Shown piece after piece: positions 55,807 through 64,000 of a DNA stretch of 64,000 bases. The notes beneath the pieces are model-generated. The model saw nothing but the letters and a program-made list of their open reading frames with translations. It did no database searches and was not told where the DNA came from. The position numbers and the translations under genes were made by a program. The stretch's first letter is position 1, and every line of letters starts with the position of its first letter. The stretch is from a virus. The stretch lies in the IMG/VR virus record IMGVR_UViG_3300038466_000014. The stretch is one strand, 5' to 3'.

Positions 55807-57018
55807 TTATTTTATAATTTTATTTATTTTAAACCCGACATTATTTAATCCGTCTACAACAATTCGACTACGATCTCCGTCATCATTATGTGATTTGTAA
55901 ACACATTTACATATCCAATTTTGATGCTCATCGACAGGCATTACAATGAATAACTCATAGAATTTTTTTGATAAGAATGTATATTCATAATACACCATTA
56001 GTGCAGGTGTGTATCCTTTTACAGCACTTAACTTTTTAATAAGTTCCTCATCTAAAATACAAAAATTATAATGTTTAATCTCACACAACAAGTTTTTAGA
56101 TTTAATTAAGACATCTGGAAACCAAACTCTAAATTTCCCATTGTCATCATATTCTACTTTAATTTTTGGTTGAACATCAACATCTGATATATCATATTTT
56201 GAGAAAATATAATCCAGCCATTTTTTCTCAATTTCACTATCTATTTTTACACTATTTCCATTTGGCAGTAAATAATCTATACCGGACGATTCGAGTATCC
56301 TTTGTCTTATTTCCACATTCTGTGAAACATTAGGAACGCTCCAATTTTGTAAACTTGTTTGCTCTTTTTTATCTTTAACTTCTTGAATCTGAGAAACATT
56401 ATCGACCCCATACTTTTCTTTAACCCCCTGTCTCTGCTCTTCTTTACCTTTTTCAGACTGCCACGGATAATCAGTCCCATAATGTTCCTTTGAAGTAGCT
56501 TTCTTTTTATCTTTTATTTCCTCAAGTTGTGATATATTTTCACATCCATATGTTTCAATAATCGTTTGTTTTTGTTTTTCTTTGACGCTCTCTGCTTGCA
56601 TCGCATTGGTTACTCCATATTTATCTACATTGGTTTGTTCCGCCTTGGATTTAAATTCATCGGTCTGAAATCTATATTTACCGCCATATTTTTCTTTTTC
56701 TTTTTCGACCCGGTTTTTAGCACCACACTTTAATCCACACGAAGGATTATACCCTTTTGAAAAATTCTCAAACGAAGCATAATCACCACATATAACACAT
56801 TTAGGATGATCATCTAAAGAGTTTATATTATTCTGAATGCAATACATTCTTTCGGAAGGAGTTCCTACTTTGGATTGCTTTCGGACATGCCCATCTAAAA
56901 ACGAAGTATAATTACGAACATCGTCTTTATGATAAGCATTCATATGTTTAATAGCTTTAACCGTATCATGTTCCCTCAAGATATTTTCAAACAGGGTAAG
57001 AAGTTCTTCCTTTGTCAT
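55807..57018 (-). CDS. Free-standing PD-(D/E)XK homing endonuclease with KYGxxNxxQ repeats
   Basis: CVIC...CGLKC zinc motif, about six 22-aa repeats, FPDVLIKSKNLLCEIK; sits between the two halves of a split intein. Confidence 0.75.
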   Translation of the reverse strand: MTKEELLTLFENILREHDTVKAIKHMNAYHKDDVRNYTSFLDGHVRKQSKVGTPSERMYCIQNNINSLDDHPKCVICGDYASFENFSKGYNPSCGLKCGAKNRVEKEKEKYGGKYRFQTDEFKSKAEQTNVDKYGVTNAMQAESVKEKQKQTIIETYGCENISQLEEIKDKKKATSKEHYGTDYPWQSEKGKEEQRQGVKEKYGVDNVSQIQEVKDKKEQTSLQNWSVPNVSQNVEIRQRILESSGIDYLLPNGNSVKIDSEIEKKWLDYIFSKYDISDVDVQPKIKVEYDDNGKFRVWFPDVLIKSKNLLCEIKHYNFCILDEELIKKLSAVKGYTPALMVYYEYTFLSKKFYELFIVMPVDEHQNWICKCVYKSHNDDGDRSRIVVDGLNNVGFKINKIIK

Positions 57019-57020
57019 TC

Positions 57021-57731
57021 TTAGTTTTCCTTTTGTTTAAGTAGGTATTTTCCGGCTGGATTTTTCATAAGTTCGATTGGAGAAATCTCGACAATATTAT
57101 CCAATAACGAATCATATACTATTAATGAATGATCAGATGATACCCAAAAATCCTCGAATCTGTTTTGGGAATCGTGCATTTTATACATTTCTAAGTTAGA
57201 GTGTATCGTAAATTCCAAAATCTCTTCATACGATGATTCTCCAGTTTCTTTATTAATGGAATTAATAAATAATTTATATCCTTCTTTTATTCCATAAGTT
57301 TCAACGGTTATATTGGTATCATTCTGTGTAATACCCTTAAAAATCAATGCTTCGGTCTTATCTATCAACTCATCGGAGTTACAAATAATTTCACGTACTT
57401 CATCCGGCAGACCATCATGTAATCGGGTTTCGATGCAACGAAGTCTACCCCAAAGACTGTCTCCGTCGAAGTCGGCTCCGAATGGTGCCGTAGTAGCGGG
57501 GTGCATATCTATTGTATTACCATCGATGATCTTAACGTATCTTCCCTGCATACGACCGCGCTCAATATTAGGATCTCGTTTGATAATCACTACCCGTTCC
57601 TTATTTTCCACCTCTCTTATCGCAGCATTCTTTACTTCTTGGTATAATATTTCCGGCACTTTATATCCTTTGGATATATATTTCAATAGCATCCTAATTT
57701 CTTCAATTGATGATCTTTCTACAACAGCCAT
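57021..57731 (-). CDS. RNAP beta-prime part 2 (catalytic ADFDGD) + N-intein 1 (57021-57458)
   Basis: VIIKRDP...MHPATTAPFGADFDGD/SLWG...VSSDHSLIV; AAGGAG SD. Confidence 0.88.
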   Translation of the reverse strand: MAVVERSSIEEIRMLLKYISKGYKVPEILYQEVKNAAIREVENKERVVIIKRDPNIERGRMQGRYVKIIDGNTIDMHPATTAPFGADFDGDSLWGRLRCIETRLHDGLPDEVREIICNSDELIDKTEALIFKGITQNDTNITVETYGIKEGYKLFINSINKETGESSYEEILEFTIHSNLEMYKMHDSQNRFEDFWVSSDHSLIVYDSLLDNIVEISPIELMKNPAGKYLLKQKEN

Positions 57732-57839
57732 GTCTTCTCCTTATTAAAAAGTAACTTTTTTATTCATATTTTAACCAATGGTTTATTGGCGGATAATTTC
57801 GTTTTTATAATTTGTCGTCAAATGGTCAATCAACTTCAT

Positions 57840-58487
57840 CTAAATAATTTCACCGTTTTTTATAGATTCCTTTTCTTCGTCCGTTAAAATAGAATGTTTT
57901 ATCATCACGTCATAATGTCTTTTATAGAACTCCGAGGATTCTCTTCTCAAATTATAATGGGTGTATTTATCAGCATTAAATAATCTTTCATTATCTATTG
58001 TATTACCATAAAAAAATCCTTTAAAAAACCGGTTATAATTGTTACCTGTACATAAAAGAAGATCAAAAAATATTTCGCCTTTATATTCAATATTTTTCAA
58101 TAATTGTTCAACTTCTTTTCTGTCTACCATAGGGTTAAAATAATTTACCGATAAAATCAGATATGGACCATTTGGAGGATCGATCTGTTTAATCGCATAG
58201 TCTTTAGTATTATCAAAATATATTTTTTCGGTTATAGTATTTCTATACACGATCAAATTAATACTTAATCCGGATTGGGCTTCGATTTCAAATTTTACTT
58301 CATACTCACCATTAGTACATCTATTAGGATCGAGTATATTCAAATCGCGAAGTATCTTAAAATACTGATTTTTTAATTTTATTATAGCGTCTTCTATCGA
58401 GGTGCCGTTAAAAATATGTGTATATGGAAAATCAATCATATGCACAACTTCTTTTTTCGTCTTTGTGTTAAACATGTAATAATACAT
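57840..58487 (-). CDS. hypothetical protein
   Basis: Minus-strand ORF within the beta-prime gap. Confidence 0.65.
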   Translation of the reverse strand: MYYYMFNTKTKKEVVHMIDFPYTHIFNGTSIEDAIIKLKNQYFKILRDLNILDPNRCTNGEYEVKFEIEAQSGLSINLIVYRNTITEKIYFDNTKDYAIKQIDPPNGPYLILSVNYFNPMVDRKEVEQLLKNIEYKGEIFFDLLLCTGNNYNRFFKGFFYGNTIDNERLFNADKYTHYNLRRESSEFYKRHYDVMIKHSILTDEEKESIKNGEII

Positions 58488-58511
58488 TTGGATTAAACCT
58501 TTACTATATTA

Positions 58512-58760
58512 AAAAATGGTGCAGTAATAGTCGCCAACAATAACAGCAGGGTGCTTTGCGGTAGTCATTCTACCGTATCTGTTTACTGCCACAATCAAGT
58601 ATATGCCGGATATAACTCCAAAGTATCCGGACAAACAGGAACCATGTTCACCATAATACACGAAGACGGTAGACCCCGCATTGCCTATGTCGGCGAGAAC
58701 GGAGTCGAGCCGGGTACACTCTACCGGCTCGACGAAAATAGGCAGTCCGTAAAAGCCTGA
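58512..58760 (+). pseudogene. 5'-truncated C-terminal fragment of a phage AGxxS beta-helix repeat protein
   Basis: ...YAGYNSKVSGQTGT...AYVGENGVEPGTLYRLDENRQSVKA; in-frame stop just upstream and no good start. Confidence 0.5.
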
Positions 58761-58820
58761 TAGAACAGTAAACCATAGTGTGGGAGATTATTACTCACAC
58801 CATGGTATGCCTAATGATCT

Positions 58821-58879
58821 AAATTTTATTTTATTATATTTATAAATTTTATTTTATTATATTTATAAATTTTATTTTA
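58821..58879. repeat. Tandem 23-bp AT-only repeat, about 2.6 copies
   Basis: aaattttattttattatatttat x2 plus aaattttatttta. Confidence 0.85.
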
Positions 58880-58966
58880 ATGAAATAAAAAAAGGGGATA
58901 GTTTTACGGCATATCCCCAAGGCCGTTGGAGAACAAACTCAAAATAATAACCATCCCCCTTATCGC

Positions 58967-59427
58967 TTACCCAATAAGAAGTAAATATCGGAACTCTATT
59001 TTTACGGTATGTGAAATGGTGTACCCCGGAGGGGAAAAACGGGGATTCACCATTCCGTGTTTTTGCGCCCAGGAAGAGTAAATCTTATCTTCAATGATTC
59101 GGCATTCATCTGTGACAGGTTGAGTACGCATAATTTCTCTGTCACCCACATAATCAACATGTAAAGCGCCCATCCTCAATCCTTTTTTAAATGAAAAATC
59201 GTGCCACAGCGAAGCAGTATTTGGATGCTCGATTCTTGCTTTAAAATGTTTCAATCCTGCTCCATTAATCATACTGACTAAATCGTTTCCAAGAGAATAA
59301 GCTATCTTAATGTTATTCTAAAGCTGTTGTTTGTTGACTGAAGGGTAATTTGGAGTTTCTTCTTTTACCGGAAGTGGTTGAGTAACCGGTTTTTTGCTTT
59401 GTTAAACATCCATTCAAAAATAAGCAT
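58967..59427 (-). pseudogene. Probable decayed hypothetical gene
   Basis: GGGAG SD and ATG 59427 join the downstream frame only via a frameshift at an A6 run; one in-frame TAG before the 59272 ORF. Confidence 0.4.
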
Positions 59428-59504
59428 TATATGCTCCCTTCCGGCGAAGTCGGGTGTATAATAATAGAGTCTGGCTTTCTATACATAGTTGTACCTTTAC
59501 CTTT

Positions 59505-60599
59505 TTATTTATGAAACTTTTTTAACAGGTTTTTTACCCGTATGTTAGACAATTTTTTAAATAGTTTTTTACGGCTTTCATAAGATTTTTTAACCTTTTC
59601 CGGATCTGAATGTAAATCTATTCCTATTTTTTCTAACGCGGGAACAGAATACATATTCATAGATGCTTGTATAGTCGGTTTTAATAATAGTGGATTTTTT
59701 ATAACCCTTTTCGGATCGTGCCAAATACCTTCTTTTTCAAAATTTCGTATCGATTTTTTGCTTTTATACTGTTTCATATCCGCATCTTCTCCAGTAACAT
59801 CTCTTAATACATCAAGAGTCGGTGTTTTATAGTCTCCATATAAACGCCCCCTGTTTCTAAACTTCTGTTCCTGTGAAAGTATTTCAGGAGATTTATGAGA
59901 AAAATACTGTGCTCCTCCTGCGGTCTTTCTTCTTTTTCTTTTACCTCCAGCATATACACCTAATCGGAATTTCTTATTAAAATCATCTGTATATTTAGCA
60001 TCTTTTTTTAGTTCGTGTGTTTCATGCCTATCTGTAATTGCCTGCTCCAAGTCCGTCAGTTTCTTTTTAACCCCTTCTGGAAAAGTTAATTTCGGAGGAG
60101 TTTCATATCGTATTTTTGTTTTATTTCCTTTTTTGTATGGTTCAACAATCATTTCAGCATCATTTGCAGATGGTGCGTGTGCATCAACTGAACGTAATAC
60201 ACCGGCGAAGCCGTTCCTAAGCTTTTCTCTAATTTTAATATTTTTCATATCTTCAGGAACTATTAAATCAACAACATCTTTATATTTATCAATACTCTTC
60301 ATCCCGGTTTTTTGTACTCCGCCGAGTTCTTGTTGTATATTGTAAGTTCCCTTTCTAATACCTTCTATATAATCTTTTTCTGATTTTACCATTCCTCTTG
60401 GTTTAGCCTTCTCGTATTGTTTTTCAGAAAAGTCTTTTCCTTTGGATATATCTTTTTGTAGCTGTTTCTTCTCTAAAAGATCTTGTTGATTAGTATATTT
60501 ATCTTCTTGCACTTTTTTCAGACCAGGACCACTAATCTCTCCAGATTCTATTTCCCGTTTTAATCTGGATTCTTGTAGTATATATTCAGAAATAAACAT
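59505..60599 (-). CDS. hypothetical basic protein, possibly virion-associated
   Basis: AAGGAG SD before MFISEYILQE; RHETHE motif. Confidence 0.65.
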   Translation of the reverse strand: MFISEYILQESRLKREIESGEISGPGLKKVQEDKYTNQQDLLEKKQLQKDISKGKDFSEKQYEKAKPRGMVKSEKDYIEGIRKGTYNIQQELGGVQKTGMKSIDKYKDVVDLIVPEDMKNIKIREKLRNGFAGVLRSVDAHAPSANDAEMIVEPYKKGNKTKIRYETPPKLTFPEGVKKKLTDLEQAITDRHETHELKKDAKYTDDFNKKFRLGVYAGGKRKRRKTAGGAQYFSHKSPEILSQEQKFRNRGRLYGDYKTPTLDVLRDVTGEDADMKQYKSKKSIRNFEKEGIWHDPKRVIKNPLLLKPTIQASMNMYSVPALEKIGIDLHSDPEKVKKSYESRKKLFKKLSNIRVKNLLKKFHK

Positions 60600-60728
60600 T
60601 ATTTTATTCTCCTTTAGAGTCCACATCCTCATTTTCTTTTTGTGCTTTATTCTTATACTTATCATATAATTTCTTTCCGCCGTATAGACCGGCTGTAGCA
60701 AGAATAGTACCGGCAGCACCAGTCCCTT

Positions 60729-61658
60729 TTAAATTAAAAGTTCGGGGTCCAGTTCCTTGCCAAGGAAATCCTTTAGTGTTTTATGGAACTCAGCAGATAT
60801 ACCTCTGGATTCTGGTGAATTAACCAATCCATATATAATAAATGGCTCAAAAATAGAACACGCCATCGGCATAGGGATACCAACTTCTCCGAGTTTTAGT
60901 TCTGGATTTGGGGTGATAACCGCTCTTGCTGAGAAGTCCACTCTTTTACCAAGCATCAATGATCTAATAACACCGAATTTTTTCGATTCTTTCACCTTTA
61001 CAAATTCATATAAATCTTTTACCAGTTGCTGCATCTTAAATGTTAAAATGTCGTACAGTGTTCCTGAAACGTTTTTAATCTGATTGGACAATAATATAAT
61101 TCTTCTGTATATTTCATTCATTTCATCTATCATGGAATCTTTCTGGGTTTCACCTATAAATACAGGTCTTACATATGGAGATACTACAATAACTTTATCA
61201 ATAAAAAATAAATTTTGTTTTATATTATTTTCTATCATATCTACTATCTTATCTCTTTGTGATTCTTCATCATCTTTGGAATTCTTTCTAAATTTTATTT
61301 TTTTAATGTTATCTTCAAAACTTTTGAATCCGGATATCGGTCCTTCTTCCGATTCTTCCAACTCATTGTTTTTATTTAGTTTAAAACTTTTTTCTCCAGA
61401 TAATACATAGTCTATTTTTCTCTCGATTCTTTTAGTCAATACATCATATATCGTAGGATGAATTACTTTACAATTAAGGTCTATCCACGAAAAAGACGAT
61501 CTCCTCTCAGGAGACCCTTCCATTCCGAATATTTCTTCGGATAACAATCCCTGTGGATGAAAAGAAGTTGTTTTACCAAGAAACATTTGAGGACTGCCTA
61601 CTGGTCCCTTTAAATTGTTTTCCTTGATAAACTTTTTTGTGTCCATAAGAACGATCAT
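60729..61658 (-). CDS. RNAP beta-prime part 1 (clamp region)
   Basis: GLLSEEIFG, IVVSPYVRP, MLGKRVDFSARAVITPNPELKLGEVGIP...FEPF. Confidence 0.9.
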   Translation of the reverse strand: MIVLMDTKKFIKENNLKGPVGSPQMFLGKTTSFHPQGLLSEEIFGMEGSPERRSSFSWIDLNCKVIHPTIYDVLTKRIERKIDYVLSGEKSFKLNKNNELEESEEGPISGFKSFEDNIKKIKFRKNSKDDEESQRDKIVDMIENNIKQNLFFIDKVIVVSPYVRPVFIGETQKDSMIDEMNEIYRRIILLSNQIKNVSGTLYDILTFKMQQLVKDLYEFVKVKESKKFGVIRSLMLGKRVDFSARAVITPNPELKLGEVGIPMPMACSIFEPFIIYGLVNSPESRGISAEFHKTLKDFLGKELDPELLI

Positions 61659-61678
61659 TTAAGTTTAACCTCTTTGCA

Positions 61679-62140
61679 TTACATGGGATTTGTAAGTTTA
61701 GATTGTAAAATTCTTGATAGATCATCCACTATATTCATTCGCAAATCTGCGGTTGGACCAATATTGGTTTTATCGTTCATCATCATTAATTTATCTCTCA
61801 ATTGGTTTATAATATTTAAATATTTTGCATCACCAGTTCTTGAGTACACTTTCTTTGCTAAAAATATACTTTGTCTGATAAGCTCTTTGGAAAGCCCTCC
61901 ATAATTATCTATGTATTTAAAAGTATGGGTTTTCATCATTGAAAAATCAGGATGGTATTTATTAAAAGTATACATATTAGCGGAATAATCCCCTAAGAGA
62001 TTTGATACATCTTCTCTACACTCATGGAGAACTCTATCTTTTATAGTTTTTAATTTAGCTTTGAGTTCAGAAAGTTCTGATTTCTTTCCGGCGCTCATCA
62101 ATATGGATTTAGCTATAGACATTTTATTTAAAACCTCCAA
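61679..62140 (-). CDS. hypothetical helical protein
   Basis: Minus-strand ORF with GGAGG SD near an internal ATG. Confidence 0.65.
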   Translation of the reverse strand: MEVLNKMSIAKSILMSAGKKSELSELKAKLKTIKDRVLHECREDVSNLLGDYSANMYTFNKYHPDFSMMKTHTFKYIDNYGGLSKELIRQSIFLAKKVYSRTGDAKYLNIINQLRDKLMMMNDKTNIGPTADLRMNIVDDLSRILQSKLTNPM

Positions 62141-62228
62141 AAAAATAATTGTGTATTGTATTACCCCGGAGGATCCGTATAAAACAGATCCTCCGGGGTC
62201 GAGTAATTTCTTTTATTATAATAACTGG

Positions 62229-63086
62229 TTATAATAGTTCAACACAAGACGAATTGTTTCCATCATAACATCCGAGACATACTTTATTTCTAATTTTAGG
62301 GGTGGTTACACAATTAAAAACATCTGCCAATCTTGTATACTCAAATATATTTATATTCTCAAATATGTAATTGATTTTATCGCAAAACGAAACTTTTCCG
62401 TCCGGATTAATAAACATTGTGTTACACAATCTATCTGGTTTAATTCCCGATTCTATATTTCTTTTCGTTCGGATACATTTCGCGTATGACGGGTCAATCT
62501 TATTACAAATAGTTTTTTCAACTATTTTTATGTTTGGGGATAATTCTTTTATCTTTTTAATAGTAGGAGTACAATCCTCGTCTATATAATTTTTCATAAT
62601 ATTTATTATAGGATATTTTACTAAATGGTTTGATATTAGATAATAAATCGTATTATATCCTTCAATAGATTTTTTGACTTCATCTATATCATAGTTCATA
62701 TTCATATAATTGTTTTGTATAGAAATTCGTATTGAATTAAACTTATGTATATACTTTAAACACTTAGCCATATTTTGCCGTATAGTGACGGTTCCGTTAG
62801 TATCGATAATATATCTAAAATTATAATCATGTAAATTGTTTATAATTCTAAATAGATTTTCATATAAAAACGGTTCACCGCCGCTAACCACTATTACAAC
62901 ATCAGACCAATTATATTCTTTAAATATCTTATCTAATAAAACAGTCCAATATCCAAAATTTGTTTCGTCTGTGTTTATGTACGGTATACCACAATAACTG
63001 CATCTTAAATTACACTTATATGTAACATTAAATACGAATACACGGTTTACAGCCCGGTCGGGGTTAAACTCCACCATTGTCCCCAT
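62229..63086 (-). CDS. Radical SAM protein with SPASM/twitch-like tail
   Basis: CNLRCSYC, SGGEP, DTNG; C...NPDGKVSFC...CLGC. Confidence 0.88.
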   Translation of the reverse strand: MGTMVEFNPDRAVNRVFVFNVTYKCNLRCSYCGIPYINTDETNFGYWTVLLDKIFKEYNWSDVVIVVSGGEPFLYENLFRIINNLHDYNFRYIIDTNGTVTIRQNMAKCLKYIHKFNSIRISIQNNYMNMNYDIDEVKKSIEGYNTIYYLISNHLVKYPIINIMKNYIDEDCTPTIKKIKELSPNIKIVEKTICNKIDPSYAKCIRTKRNIESGIKPDRLCNTMFINPDGKVSFCDKINYIFENINIFEYTRLADVFNCVTTPKIRNKVCLGCYDGNNSSCVELL

Positions 63087-63113
63087 GTATGATACAAATA
63101 TATGATTACCGTT

Positions 63114-63932
63114 CTAATAAGTTTTTATCGACACTATCTTTTTAGCAGGTTTACCTACCATAAACACTATCTTTAAAATTCCATTGTTTGTATAGCTCGA
63201 AAGGATATTGTTTGGATCTACATCATACGGAAGAGATAGTGTTATATGTATAGTATCATCTTCGGGGGTATTACCAATCACAAGCATTAAAAATTCATTG
63301 GCGTCTTCGCTATAAGACAATTCAAAATGGCTTGCGGCCAACCCCGGCAAAGGAATATATAGAACGCCGACAATATGTTCAGTAGCAGCCATGCACTGAA
63401 CCCCATCTTTACTTACGATAGTATTAATAGGCGGTAAACATTTATCAGAATCTATAGCAAACCTGTGATCGATCGAATCTTCGCAATAATAGAAATGCTT
63501 TACCTTGGGTGTATATAGCGTACACCCAGAGAACGGCTCTATTTTACCGAATGGGGATTCCGGATTAAATGGTACGCGCGCACTATAATTGTTGATATCA
63601 TGTGTCGAACGGTTTCCGTTTTCGGGTTCTACTGGATATGTTTCGTTAGAATTTTTCGGTGTATTATTTTTTTTTATTTCGAGTTTATTACGGGTAAAAT
63701 AATCAAACACAGGATGGTCCAGATTCATCCACGAACACTGCGTTTTCTTGCGGTCTGGTCGTTTATTACCAATCTTTTCAAAATCTCCTATAGTGTAACC
63801 GTTAAACATTTTCTTTCCAGATAGGTAATCATACCCGACCGGCTCTGAAAGGTCAGCGCCGAAAAGTTCTTGTAATGTTTTTACCAAACTATCCAAAACA
63901 TCTTTCCTGTTCTGTTTTTCCTCTGATGTCAT
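63114..63932 (-). CDS. Protein with C-terminal Hsp20/alpha-crystallin domain
   Basis: IPLPGL...LSLPYDVDPNNILSSYTNNGILKI. Confidence 0.65.
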   Translation of the reverse strand: MTSEEKQNRKDVLDSLVKTLQELFGADLSEPVGYDYLSGKKMFNGYTIGDFEKIGNKRPDRKKTQCSWMNLDHPVFDYFTRNKLEIKKNNTPKNSNETYPVEPENGNRSTHDINNYSARVPFNPESPFGKIEPFSGCTLYTPKVKHFYYCEDSIDHRFAIDSDKCLPPINTIVSKDGVQCMAATEHIVGVLYIPLPGLAASHFELSYSEDANEFLMLVIGNTPEDDTIHITLSLPYDVDPNNILSSYTNNGILKIVFMVGKPAKKIVSIKTY

Positions 63933-64000
63933 ACTAAACCCTCTCTTTTTAGGTTGATGTGATTAGACAATTAAAACAACAGACTAACGTCAGTGCCGAA

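Noticed and set aside
21078-59427. Stop-codon reassignment suggested by in-frame stops
   Set aside because: The interrupting stops are of all three kinds (TGA 21279, TAA 28489, TAG near 59320), long core genes are uninterrupted, TAG ends genes normally, and no suppressor tRNA was found.
60600-60719. Extended N-terminus of the 59505-60719 ORF
   Set aside because: A strong AAGGAG SD precedes ATG 60599; the upstream stretch reads better in another frame as a gene remnant.
57732-60728. Group I/II intron joining beta-prime parts 1 and 2
   Set aside because: No ribozyme core motifs were seen, and part 2 has its own SD and ATG.
14-63824. Most plus-strand ORFs in the track (e.g. 3595-4251, 11065-11667, 17391-17975)
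   Set aside because: Antisense shadows of well-supported minus-strand genes; only 30018-30509 and the 58512-58760 fragment look genuine.
1-64000. Cellular, archaeal or eukaryotic-virus origin suggested by the E1/E2/JAB and RNAP genes
   Set aside because: A peptidoglycan hydrolase (GH108), T4-like ligases, helicase and nuclease, bacterial-type tRNAs and SD signals, and dense single-strand gene packing point to a bacteriophage.

Overview
An AT-rich segment of a jumbo/huge bacteriophage genome. Supporting signs are bacterial Shine-Dalgarno signals, a GH108 endolysin, T4-like replication/recombination genes and a phage multisubunit RNA polymerase. Almost all genes are on the minus strand. Left to right: (1) 1-4.3 kb, a compact ubiquitin-like conjugation operon (wHTH-Ubl ending NKAG-C, E2, E1/ThiF, JAB, and a second degenerate ThiF cut by the window edge). 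(2) 6-20 kb, DNA metabolism (HAD phosphatase, SbcCD, ThyX, clamp-like protein, UvsW-like helicase, type IIA topoisomerase, SSB-like protein). (3) 20-26 kb, accessory genes, endolysin, AAA ATPase and an Rnl1-type RNA ligase. (4) 26.7-40.9 kb, an RNA hub with 15 tRNAs (three split by group I introns, two of them carrying endonuclease ORFs), Ro60/TROVE with seven Y-RNA-like elements, an Rnl2-type ligase, an orphan HigA, a vWA/pyruvate-kinase-like/PurA-like trio and a 214-nt tRNA-scaffolded structured RNA. (5) 41-48 kb, accessory genes. (6) 48.7-61.7 kb, RNAP beta plus a beta-prime gene broken into four ORFs, two of whose junctions are split inteins (at the catalytic DFDGD motif and at the trigger loop). 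A 20-bp AT-rich motif recurs seven times upstream of minus-strand genes, and there are several pseudogenes. All calls come from reading motifs by eye; no database search, alignment or folding program was run.
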